Positions 25,563 to 34,943 are shown, counted from the stretch's first letter. The stretch: DNA of 41,528 nt from Candidatus Enterousia sp. (GCA_045631065.1 JAZQUA010000069.1:1-41528); one strand, 5' to 3'. Numbers and translations are program-made. Notes: generated by a model not told the origin, from the sequence alone.

Positions 25563-26942
25563 TTACTCTTCAACAACATCTGTTGAGACAAAATCATCCA
25601 CAATCACAGGCATTCTGCTGTTTAACTTACCCATTGCGATAACCATATCTATTGCACGTTGCAACTGATAATCTTGGGCATCTTTTTCTTCATCGGTCAG
25701 TTCTTCATTATCATCTTCCGACTTTTTATCAGATTTTTTCTTGGCCTGTTCATTTTTCAGTGCGTTTTTAAAGGATGCTTCGGAATACATACTTTCCTTT
25801 TTTTCCAACACTTCTAATTTTGACTGTAAAACTTCTATGTCTGGTGTAATACCTTCGTTCTGAATAGAACGTCCAGACGGTGTATAATAACGCGCAATTG
25901 TAATATGAATTGCTGTACCATCCCCCAATGGTTTCTGTTGTTGTACACTGCCCTTACCAAAAGATTGTGACCCCATAACCAATCCACGACCATTATCTTG
26001 AATTGCCCCTGCAACAATTTCAGATGCAGACGCAGAACCGTGATTAATTAATACCACCACAGGCTTTCCGTTTGCCAAATCACCAGGCTGTGCATGAACA
26101 CGTTCAATATCTGTCTTTTCCTTGCCACGCGTTGAAACAATTTCCCCGGAATCCAGAAAAGCATCGGAAACATCAATTGCTGCTGTCAAATAACCACCAG
26201 GATTATTACGCACATCCAAAACATACCCAACAACATCTTTCTTTTCTAATTTATCTAATGCATCTTTTAAATCACGTGCAGTCGTTGCACCAAAATCAGA
26301 AATTCTGATATAGCCAATTTTTGGTGTATCTTCATCTTCTGGGTCTGCACCTGCCAACATTTTTTCTTCGAATTTAACAGATTTTACCTTAATAATATCG
26401 CGCTTTAAGGTCAGTGTTTTTGGTTCACCATCTTCGGAAATTACGGTCAATTTTACCTTGGTCCCAGGTCTGCCCTTCATCTTTTTAACAGCCTGATTCA
26501 ATGTCAAATCAAAAACTTGTTCATCATCAATATGCGTAATATAGTCCCCTGCTTTGATGCCTGCTTTCTCGGCCGGTGTATCATCAATTGGCGATATAAC
26601 ACGCACCGCACCCCTGTCACTGGTAATTTGAATGCCCAAACCACCGAATTCACCGTGTGATTTATCACTAAACTCTTTAAAATCATCTGCTGACAAATAA
26701 GAAGAATGTGGATCCAACGCCCCCAGCATACCGTTCATAGCCGCTTCCAACATCTTTTTTTCATCAGCTTCTTCGACAAAGTTTTCACGCGCAACCTCAA
26801 ACACCATTGCCAGTTTTTTTAGCTCTTCATAAATTTGTTCATTTGTCAGATGAACCACAGGTTCTTCTTTTTTCTTCTTTGACGCAGCATCTGCAACAAA
26901 CGGTGTGAACAAAGCAATTAAAACCAATAACTTCTTAAACAT
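25563..26942 (-). CDS. ctpA: Carboxy-terminal processing protease (S41, PDZ-containing)
   Basis: It has a signal peptide and a PDZ region (GGLGIQIT...SPIDDTPAEKAGIKAGDYI). The S41 core is present (LINHGSASASEIVAGA...GKGSVQ). Confidence 0.9.
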   Translation of the reverse strand: MFKKLLVLIALFTPFVADAASKKKKEEPVVHLTNEQIYEELKKLAMVFEVARENFVEEADEKKMLEAAMNGMLGALDPHSSYLSADDFKEFSDKSHGEFGGLGIQITSDRGAVRVISPIDDTPAEKAGIKAGDYITHIDDEQVFDLTLNQAVKKMKGRPGTKVKLTVISEDGEPKTLTLKRDIIKVKSVKFEEKMLAGADPEDEDTPKIGYIRISDFGATTARDLKDALDKLEKKDVVGYVLDVRNNPGGYLTAAIDVSDAFLDSGEIVSTRGKEKTDIERVHAQPGDLANGKPVVVLINHGSASASEIVAGAIQDNGRGLVMGSQSFGKGSVQQQKPLGDGTAIHITIARYYTPSGRSIQNEGITPDIEVLQSKLEVLEKKESMYSEASFKNALKNEQAKKKSDKKSEDDNEELTDEEKDAQDYQLQRAIDMVIAMGKLNSRMPVIVDDFVSTDVVEE

Positions 26943-27093
26943 TTACCAATCCTTTCAATTTTGTATGCCCCAGCATAGAACAAATTCGCCCCACATTCAA
27001 CACGATTTTTATATAAAAATAAAAAGCAAAAAAAATATTGACAAATTTAAAATAGGTATTACATTATTATAACAAACAAATAGAGGTAACCAA

Positions 27094-27825
27094 TTGACAA
27101 AATACCCTAAACTTAGAACAAAGATAGAATCTAATCGTGCCATCATTACTGAAAAGTTATCTGGCACAGCTTCTGTCAAGCGCTTAAATAATGTCAACTG
27201 GCTACGACATGAAATATCGTACACAGAGCCACGCACATTGTTCTATATTCCATTAAAAGAACAACACTATTACCTTGACTTTAATTGCATGAATAATCTT
27301 GGCAATGCTTACGATTTCATACTTAACAATATAGACAGCCAAAAACGTATTGAAGTCAGCGATATCTGTAAATTGCATAGTTTCTTATGCGAAAACACAT
27401 ACATTGATGGTGGCAACTTTCGCACTACGTCAAAAGTTCTAGAAATAACTGTAAATTGCGAACGTATGCATGCACCAGATTCGTATGATATACCATATTT
27501 GCTGAATATAATCGCCTACAACATGAACAATCCAACCAAAGACATTTTACATCGTGCATTTGATGCACATTACGAACTAATCGCATTACAACCATTCGAT
27601 GACTATAACAAGCGCACAGCTCGTTTAGTAATGAATTGGCTACTAGTTCAAAATGGCTATCGCCCGATAGTATTCAACAGACCAAATGATAAACAAAGAT
27701 ACAAAACCGCAATTGCACAATATGCATCAGGAGATAAAAAATCATATTATGCATATATGTCACAATGTATGGTTCGTACACAACAAGACATTATAAAACT
27801 ACTGACCAAATCCAAGACGTTATAA
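27094..27825 (+). CDS. Fic/Doc-family protein with a degenerate active-site motif
   Basis: It starts at TTG, 7 nt after AGAGG. The Fic core helix reads QPFDDYNKRTARLVMNWLL where HxFx[DE]GNGRxxR is expected. The NKR is Doc-like and the catalytic His is replaced by Gln. Confidence 0.65.
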   Translation: MTKYPKLRTKIESNRAIITEKLSGTASVKRLNNVNWLRHEISYTEPRTLFYIPLKEQHYYLDFNCMNNLGNAYDFILNNIDSQKRIEVSDICKLHSFLCENTYIDGGNFRTTSKVLEITVNCERMHAPDSYDIPYLLNIIAYNMNNPTKDILHRAFDAHYELIALQPFDDYNKRTARLVMNWLLVQNGYRPIVFNRPNDKQRYKTAIAQYASGDKKSYYAYMSQCMVRTQQDIIKLLTKSKTL

Positions 27826-27829
27826 TAAA

Positions 27830-28250
27830 ATGATAACAGAAACAAAAAATCTTATTCACGGTCACGAGACATATATCGCTGATTTTTGCTCTGATTTTGT
27901 AATGAAGCGCCCATTACCAACATTTGGTCCGGATGCTTGTCAGACCTGGTTAACAAAACAACATCGTACCAAGCAAGCAATTGATTAAATTTATGCTGTT
28001 GATAATCCGCGCTATAATATCCCACGTATGATTTATATCAAATATGCCAAGTACGACAAATGAAAAATTCCGCAATATTATGAAATATCGTTTGATGTTT
28101 GTTTTACTGTGTCGATTTATCAAGGCATCTGATGATTTACGCACAAGTCCACAATCACCAAAAGGCTTCATAAACAACACCAATAAAATCGCCTTCATGC
28201 GAGAACAAATCGCCGCGATAAAAAATCTAGAACGTCAGTTTTCTAAGTAA
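27830..28250 (+). pseudogene. Possible decayed gene (three consecutive short reading frames)
   Basis: The first frame is MITETKNLIHGHETYIADFCSDFVMKRPLPTFGPDACQTWLTKQHRTKQAID*. A second frame reads IYAVDNPRYNIPRMIYIKYAKYDK*. The third is the 68-aa ORF at 28044-28250. All three are on the same strand and abut one another. Confidence 0.3.
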
Positions 28251-28338
28251 TAAAACACACAACAAAAATTTACAGTTTTTTTAAATTTGCTTTTTGATAT
28301 AATATTGTTATCCTATCAATCGCTTTAAAAGGATTTTT

Positions 28339-29361
28339 ATGTCAGCTCGGACAAAACGCCTGTTCAAAAAGATTATAAGTTATGCAGGCATATTCTTTTT
28401 CGCACTGGCTGCAATAATGTTGTGGTGGCAACTGCGAAATTACAGTTTATCAGATATTGCACATGCGATATTGGACATTCCACTAATTAATTTATTCTTG
28501 GCATGTATTGCATGCCTGGCTGGGTATTTGGCATTATCTTTGTATGATTACTTGGCATTACGTTATGTTGGAGGACGTGTCACATGGTGGAAATGGATGC
28601 TGGCCGGAATGCTGGGATTTGCAATCAGCAACAATGCAGGACACGCTGTGGTCAGCGGTGGCGCAATTCGATACAGATTGTACACTCGTTGGCGTATTCG
28701 TGGCTCTGACATATTAAAGATGCTGACCATATCTGGTTTCACATACTTTCTGGGCGCATCTGCAATTGTTGTTATTGGCTACTTTTTAATCCCCAGTGCT
28801 ATATTTGATAATTCTGTGGGTATCAGTATGGGATTAAACACGCTGTTTATTTTCTGTACAACCATATTACTGACTTATTTTGCAGTAACGCTGATATTTC
28901 ATAAAAAAAGCATCAAAATTGGCGATGTAAAATTTCAGGTACCATCAACCCAAATGGCTTTCAGTCAAACAATCTTGGGAATAACAGACAGTGTTTTGGC
29001 AGGATTGGTATTATATTTCTGTTTAATCCCATTTGTAGAGATACCTTTTACGACATTTATTGGTTTGTTTGTAATTGCCCAAACCACTGGTGTATTCAGC
29101 CAGGTTCCTGGTGGTATTGGTGTTTTTGAAAGTGTATTTATGTTGGCCCTGCCCGACACAATTGACAAAGCAAACATATTTGGTGCACTGCTGGCATACA
29201 GAATTATATATTATGTAATACCACTGATTGGTATTGGCAGTCTATTTTTCATATATGAACGCTGGTTGCGTTCACGTATGAAGCGCTGGTTGGCCGAAGC
29301 CAAAGAAAAAATTCCTGCTAAAATCAAAAATATTAAGAACGAAATAAAAATCAGAAAATAA
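28339..29361 (+). CDS. Polytopic membrane protein resembling the MprF/LPG-synthase transmembrane (flippase) domain, UPF0104-like
   Basis: It has about 8 TM helices. It contains LSLYDYLALRYVG and GGAIRYRLYTRW motifs, which I associate with MprF-type TM domains. There is no C-terminal synthase domain. Confidence 0.55.
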   Translation: MSARTKRLFKKIISYAGIFFFALAAIMLWWQLRNYSLSDIAHAILDIPLINLFLACIACLAGYLALSLYDYLALRYVGGRVTWWKWMLAGMLGFAISNNAGHAVVSGGAIRYRLYTRWRIRGSDILKMLTISGFTYFLGASAIVVIGYFLIPSAIFDNSVGISMGLNTLFIFCTTILLTYFAVTLIFHKKSIKIGDVKFQVPSTQMAFSQTILGITDSVLAGLVLYFCLIPFVEIPFTTFIGLFVIAQTTGVFSQVPGGIGVFESVFMLALPDTIDKANIFGALLAYRIIYYVIPLIGIGSLFFIYERWLRSRMKRWLAEAKEKIPAKIKNIKNEIKIRK

Positions 29362-29566
29362 ATACCTTGCCAATTCATATATTGTCGTGTTAAAATAGCG
29401 CCTGTGTATGACATAGGATTATAAAAAGTGTTTATATTGTCACTAATTTCAATAATTTGCATGGCACTGATGGTTATCGTGGTGCTTTCCCTTGGCATGG
29501 GCATAGACGCCCCACGGGGACAGGTTATTGCTGTATCATACACTGCCAAAACAAAAGGATTATTAA

Positions 29567-31360
29567 ATGTCAAAAAGAATATATGTGGATGCAGTCCACC
29601 CAGAAGAAACACGTGTTGTTGTTGTAGATACAGCAACTGGTCGTGTTTCTGATTTTGATGTTGAAACAACGACTAAGCCTCAGATAAAAGGAAATATCTA
29701 TCTGGCCAAGGTTATACGTGTTGAACCATCATTACAGGCTGCATTTGTTGATTATGGGACTGGGAAAAATGGTTTTTTACCATTTTCTGAAATTCACCCA
29801 GATTATTATCAAGTAACCCCAGAACAAAAGAAAAAGTTGCTGGAACTGGCACACGCAAACATCGTTGACGACGATGACGATCCAAATGACGAAGAAGACG
29901 AAGTCGCTGAATACGATGATCACAGTGCTGGCGAAGATAATAATGAATTTGTAAAACGTGCACGCGAATTTAAAATTCAAGACGTTATTAAACCAAAACA
30001 AATCTTGTTAATCCAAGGTGTCAAAGAAGAACGCGGTCAAAAAGGCGCATCGATGACAACATACTTGTCGTTGGCGGGCCGTTTTGCTGTATTGATGCCA
30101 AATTCACGCAAACGCAACAGCTATGGCATATCTAAAAAGATTTCTGACAAATCAGAACGTGCCAGATTGCGTGAAATTTTACATGACTTAAAGATTCCAA
30201 AGGGGATGACGGTTGTTCTGCGCACAGCTGCGATGGGTGCAACAGCATCTGATATTGCTGCGGACTATGATTATTTGGTTGGATTGTGGAATGAAATCCG
30301 CAAAACAACATTGGCATCTGTTGCCCCTGTGACAATTCACACCGAAGATTCATTATTGCGTCGTGTTGTTCGTGACTTTGTCAGTGACAAAGAAGACGTA
30401 CTGACCATCCAAGGTGAAGAAGCATTTGATGCAGCAAAACAATATTTTCAACAAATGTATGGTCGTGCACCACGCAAACAGCTGGTACATTACAAAGATG
30501 CCGCTGTTCCATTAATGGTCAAGGCCGGCGTTGAAAAACAGTTAGAAGGTTTGCATGGTCCATATGTTCAATTGCCATCTGGGGGTTCATTGGTTATCAA
30601 TCAAACCGAAGCAATGGTTACAATCGACGTTAATTCTTCACGTGCGATAAAAGAAAAAGATATCGAACAAACAGCATTGAACACCAATCTGGAAGCAGCC
30701 GAAGAAATCGCCTTGCAATTACGTCTGCGCGATTTAGCTGGCATTGTTGCAGTTGACTTTATCGATATGGAAGAAGAAAAGAACAACCGCAAACTGGAAC
30801 TGAAAATGCGTGAAGTTATGAAACGCGATCGCGCACGTACCCAAGTTGCAAAAATCAACAACTTTGGTGTATTGATGTTATCGCGTCAAAGATTGCGCAG
30901 CAGCTTTATGGAATCATCATATGTACCATGTCCACATTGCATGGGTGCAGGTGTTGTTCCATCAATTCAGACAGCTGCGATTATCTTGTTCCGTCATTTA
31001 CAAGAAAAATTGCTGGCAAAATCTGCCCAAAAAATCATTATGACTGTACCAACAGATGTCGCAGTATATCTGTTGAATCATAAGCGCGCAGAATTGGCCG
31101 CAATGGAATCTGAATTTGAAACAGAAATTGTAATTGTTGGCGATGACAGTCTGTTGAACATTGATCAATATTCAATTCAACGCGTATCACCGGAACAAAA
31201 CAAAACAGACGATTTGTTAAGCGCGCATGCGCCATCAACAGATATAAAAAAGAAACACGCCCAGCATAATGATGCCAAGCGTACAACAGTATCTGCAAAT
31301 CGTAGAAAGAAGAAAAAACAGCCAAAGAAAAAATCATTTTGGCAAAAGCTGATTGGGTAA
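29567..31360 (+). CDS. rne: Ribonuclease E/G family endoribonuclease (compact RNase E)
   Basis: The N-terminus reads MSKRIYVDAVHPEETRVVVVD. The S1 domain is present (GNIYLAKVIRVEPSLQAAFVDYG). An acidic insert is present (DDDDDPNDEEDEVAEYDD). The catalytic core is present (VTIDVNS, VAVDFIDM) along with the Zn-link CPHCMGAG. The C-terminus is basic. Confidence 0.9.
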   Translation: MSKRIYVDAVHPEETRVVVVDTATGRVSDFDVETTTKPQIKGNIYLAKVIRVEPSLQAAFVDYGTGKNGFLPFSEIHPDYYQVTPEQKKKLLELAHANIVDDDDDPNDEEDEVAEYDDHSAGEDNNEFVKRAREFKIQDVIKPKQILLIQGVKEERGQKGASMTTYLSLAGRFAVLMPNSRKRNSYGISKKISDKSERARLREILHDLKIPKGMTVVLRTAAMGATASDIAADYDYLVGLWNEIRKTTLASVAPVTIHTEDSLLRRVVRDFVSDKEDVLTIQGEEAFDAAKQYFQQMYGRAPRKQLVHYKDAAVPLMVKAGVEKQLEGLHGPYVQLPSGGSLVINQTEAMVTIDVNSSRAIKEKDIEQTALNTNLEAAEEIALQLRLRDLAGIVAVDFIDMEEEKNNRKLELKMREVMKRDRARTQVAKINNFGVLMLSRQRLRSSFMESSYVPCPHCMGAGVVPSIQTAAIILFRHLQEKLLAKSAQKIIMTVPTDVAVYLLNHKRAELAAMESEFETEIVIVGDDSLLNIDQYSIQRVSPEQNKTDDLLSAHAPSTDIKKKHAQHNDAKRTTVSANRRKKKKQPKKKSFWQKLIG

Positions 31361-31376
31361 AAACATAATCATCTAA

Positions 31377-31406
31377 ATAAAAAACCGATACAAATCGGTT
31401 TTTTAT
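31377..31406. terminator. Bidirectional intrinsic terminator
   Basis: The stem AACCGAT(31383-31389)/ATCGGTT(31394-31400) is flanked by A- and T-runs. Confidence 0.7.
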
Positions 31407-31409
31407 TTA

Positions 31410-32069
31410 TCAGATTCCCCATCCCAACTCTTCATACATTGTGCCATCCGCTGTTCTATACTTATCTAAAGCAGTTGGTTCTCCGTACAAAAATAGCCCC
31501 AGTTCCATTTTTGTTTGTTCCGAAGCGTCCTTTAACAGATCCACATAATTGCACTTTACAATTAATTCTGGGGTATCTACGATTATAAAATCACCGCCAG
31601 ATGGACAATATTTTTTCTTAAGTTCCAATCTATAATCCAACCGAAATGTAAAATAATTTCCCGGGGCCACAACATACGTTTTTGTAAACTTTGTCAAATC
31701 GACATTTTCTATTTTTGCGTGTTCCTCCTCTTCTAACGCTTGTGCTTTGGTTGCATTTTCTAAAACCCCAAATACATATTGCAACGCCAAATCTGTATCC
31801 ATCCATTTTATATCAGCACGTTCAAAAGCATAAATAAAATCCATCAAGCACAATCTAAATGTGTATGTTTCAGAATTATATCTGCTTTTTCCATAGGTAT
31901 CAAACAACGCATCAACAATCTCAAGAACCTGTTGTTCTGAAAACCCAGGGACAACTAAATAACTGCCACGAACATCAAACATGTCATCTGGGGTTTTAAC
32001 AACATCTTTTGCAAATCCAGATGTTACCGCCAAACAGCACATACATATTGCTAATATTATTTTTTTCAT
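31410..32069 (-). CDS. Exported hypothetical protein (219 aa), translationally coupled to the upstream gene
   Basis: It reads MKKIILAICMCCLAVTSGFA, a signal peptide. Its ATG overlaps the upstream TGA (ATGA at 32066-32069). Confidence 0.6.
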   Translation of the reverse strand: MKKIILAICMCCLAVTSGFAKDVVKTPDDMFDVRGSYLVVPGFSEQQVLEIVDALFDTYGKSRYNSETYTFRLCLMDFIYAFERADIKWMDTDLALQYVFGVLENATKAQALEEEEHAKIENVDLTKFTKTYVVAPGNYFTFRLDYRLELKKKYCPSGGDFIIVDTPELIVKCNYVDLLKDASEQTKMELGLFLYGEPTALDKYRTADGTMYEELGWGI

Positions 32070-33085
32070 TTTATTGCCTCCTCGCACAATTCAGCTGTTT
32101 CAATAACACGTTTTGCTGCTGCAACCTGTGTTGCATTAAATACAGTTGATGTTAACGTTGCCGCTGTTGTAACACCTGCCAAAACATTTGATGCAGTATT
32201 CAAATTCTTTTCTTTTTGTGCATCCGCACCTGTGCGCACAGACTCTGAATTTGCAACCCCAGACGTTATTGTACCTGCCAATCCAGTTGCAGCACCAACA
32301 GAACTGGCGACTGTTGCACCTGTTGCACGATTGTTTATTTTTTCTAGATCTTCTGTATTAAATTTATCGCAAACCGATATAATTTTATCTGCTGCGACAA
32401 TATCTTGTACGGATGCACTGCCGTCCAGTTTGGCCTGCATTTTTACCAAAGACAAAGATTTTACAGCCCCCATACACGCACCAATTTGCGATGTAAAATC
32501 AGCATCTATTCTGTTCACACCTGCAATAACAGCACCTGCGATATTCGTTGCGGTTGTTGTTGCCAACAAACCAGTTCTGGCATTACCAAATTTTTTAGAC
32601 TCTTCATCCGTCTTTGTCTTTAATTCTTGCAACTTTTGCACATAGTTTTGATCTTTCACAGTCTGCGAAAATTCTTCTGGGGAAATATCTGCAGATTTAA
32701 TCTGTTCCATATATGTTTTTAATTCATCATTTTTCAACAGTTCTGCCAATTCCGTCTGCAAACCAATAAAATTTTCAACCTCAACAGGTGTTGCGTTTGC
32801 TTCTGCCTGCATAAAATTTTGAATTTGTTGTTCCAGATTATCAGATATTTTATCTAACTTACTTTTTTCAGCACCTGTTGCAATTGCACCGGCACCAACC
32901 ACAGTACCAACCCCGGTAACAGCAGTATTAATACCAGCCAGTTTTTTTATTTCAGACAATTTATCAGAAATACCACTGCAATTAACGCGCACCGCACGTA
33001 ATGCATTTTCAAATGTAACATCTTGTGCAAAACCTGCATTTATTACACCCAACGCAAACAAAAAAGACAATAAATATTTCGGCAC
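32066..33085 (-). CDS. Exported hypothetical protein with four Gly/Ala/Thr-rich (glycine-zipper-like) segments and coiled-coil spacers
   Basis: It starts at GTG after a GGGGGGA RBS. The signal peptide is MPKYLLSFLFALGVINAGFA. The segments are GINTAVTGVGTVVGAGAIATGA, GLLATTTATNIAGAVIAGV, GATVASSVGAATGLAGTITSGV and NVLAGVTTAATLTSTVF. Confidence 0.6.
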   Translation of the reverse strand: MPKYLLSFLFALGVINAGFAQDVTFENALRAVRVNCSGISDKLSEIKKLAGINTAVTGVGTVVGAGAIATGAEKSKLDKISDNLEQQIQNFMQAEANATPVEVENFIGLQTELAELLKNDELKTYMEQIKSADISPEEFSQTVKDQNYVQKLQELKTKTDEESKKFGNARTGLLATTTATNIAGAVIAGVNRIDADFTSQIGACMGAVKSLSLVKMQAKLDGSASVQDIVAADKIISVCDKFNTEDLEKINNRATGATVASSVGAATGLAGTITSGVANSESVRTGADAQKEKNLNTASNVLAGVTTAATLTSTVFNATQVAAAKRVIETAELCEEAIK

Positions 33086-33143
33086 ACTATCCCCCCTTCT
33101 AAGACATCATCAAGTATATCATAAAAATCATTAAAACTAAACC

Positions 33144-33172
33144 ACAAAAAATGCCCCGAACGGGGCATTTTT
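33144..33172. terminator. Intrinsic terminator after the PBP gene
   Basis: The stem ATGCCCC/GGGGCAT (33151-33168) is flanked by A6 and T5. Confidence 0.7.
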
Positions 33173-34943
33173 ATTTACTAATAATTATTTCCTTGAAAAT
33201 TTCTGCGGGGATTGTACCACCTGTAATCTTGGAATTCATTGGGGTAAAGTCATCATTACCCATCCAAACTCCAATCACAATATCGTCTGTCGCGCCAACA
33301 AACCACGCATCACGATTTCCGTTACTGGTTCCTGTTTTCCCGCCCAAGACCCCCGTTGTCCTGGCACGACCACCCGTACCGCCAGGTGCCACAACATCCG
33401 CCAACAAATGCGACATATATTCAACTGTCTGTGGCTGTAAAACTTGAATTGGGTCGGACGGATTGCGTTCATAGATTATATTTCCCAAACTATCTGTCAC
33501 CTTGGTTATCGAATATGGACGAACAGAAAAACCATCATTCCAAATAACAGCATAAATATTTGTTAAATCCAGCAAACTCATTTCCGATGCACCCAACACA
33601 GTCGAATATTCACGACGCAGTTTTGTTCCAACACCCAAACGACCCGCCATATTTAATACAGAATCAATTCCATATTCTTTGGTCAATTTCAAAGGCACAG
33701 AATTTACACTTTTTGCAAATGCAGTCGACAAAGTAATATCACCATAGTACTTTTCATTATAGTTCTTTGGATTATAATCACCAACCGCAAACGGGGAATC
33801 GTTCACATAAGAATCTGGCATCATACCATTTTCCAACGCAACCAAATAAACAACAGGCTTAAAACTGCTGCCAGGCTGACGTGGGGCAGTCGCACGATTA
33901 AACTGACTGGATTGATAATCTGTACCCCCACTCATCGCACGTAACGCACCATCAGTTTCCATTGCCACCACAGCCCCTTGATATTCCCCTGTTTTATTCG
34001 ACAATATCGCGGCAACACCATCCTGTAACCCCGCATCCAGCGTAGTATACACATACATATCAGAATCAAACTCACCAATTCTAGAACGCAATTCATCCAT
34101 AACAAAATCAGTCCAATATCTGTATTGATTTGTATCCCCTGTTGGCAATGCGGGACCCAAACTTTGTGCTGCGATACGCGCTTGATTTATATCAATATAC
34201 CCCTGACGCACCATTTCTGTTAAAACAACACGTGCCCGTTCAATATTCTTATTCGGGTTACGTAATGGACTGTATGTTGTTGGCGCCTTTAACATTGCAG
34301 CGATTTGTGCAGCCTGCCCGATTGATAATTTACTGGCCGGCACTTGGAACATCACACGCGCAGTTGCATCAATTCCACGCATACCACCAACCAGCGACAC
34401 ACGATTCATATATAAATCCAAGACTTGATTTTTCGTAAATCTGTTTTCCAACCAATATGACAAAATAACTTCTTGAACCTTTCTGGAAATCTTTTTTTCA
34501 CGCGATAAAAATATATTTTTTGCAGTCTGCTGGGTTATTGTTGATCCACCTGCAGCAATACGTCCAGATGCCAAATTTGAAAATACTGCGCGCGTTATAC
34601 CACGCAAATCAATCGGCCCATGCTTAAAAAAGCGCTTGTCTTCGATTGCAACGATTGCCTGCCATACGTGTGGAGGCAACGTTTCCACAGACACAGGCGT
34701 TCCCATTATTCGATTTGCACTGCGGATTTCATTTCCATCTTTGTCCAAGAACACCACCGCAGCAGATCTTGTTTCATGTAAAATCGCATCCAGTGACGGC
34801 ATACGCAAATATATAACAGCAACATAACCCGCAATCGCAACACCACACAACAGCATTGCATTAAACAAATAGACAAACAATCGCCATTTCCACGAAGGTT
34901 TTGTCTTTTCAGCACTTAACGATTTTTGATTTCTTTTCTGCAT
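33171..34943 (-). CDS. mrcA: Class A penicillin-binding protein (glycosyltransferase GT51 plus transpeptidase)
   Basis: The GT51 motifs are present (AIEDKRFFKHGPID, GGSTITQQ, RKVQE). The transpeptidase motifs SSFKP, SVN and KTGTS are present. I chose the ATG at 34943, which has an AGGA RBS. Confidence 0.9.
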   Translation of the reverse strand: MQKRNQKSLSAEKTKPSWKWRLFVYLFNAMLLCGVAIAGYVAVIYLRMPSLDAILHETRSAAVVFLDKDGNEIRSANRIMGTPVSVETLPPHVWQAIVAIEDKRFFKHGPIDLRGITRAVFSNLASGRIAAGGSTITQQTAKNIFLSREKKISRKVQEVILSYWLENRFTKNQVLDLYMNRVSLVGGMRGIDATARVMFQVPASKLSIGQAAQIAAMLKAPTTYSPLRNPNKNIERARVVLTEMVRQGYIDINQARIAAQSLGPALPTGDTNQYRYWTDFVMDELRSRIGEFDSDMYVYTTLDAGLQDGVAAILSNKTGEYQGAVVAMETDGALRAMSGGTDYQSSQFNRATAPRQPGSSFKPVVYLVALENGMMPDSYVNDSPFAVGDYNPKNYNEKYYGDITLSTAFAKSVNSVPLKLTKEYGIDSVLNMAGRLGVGTKLRREYSTVLGASEMSLLDLTNIYAVIWNDGFSVRPYSITKVTDSLGNIIYERNPSDPIQVLQPQTVEYMSHLLADVVAPGGTGGRARTTGVLGGKTGTSNGNRDAWFVGATDDIVIGVWMGNDDFTPMNSKITGGTIPAEIFKEIIISK

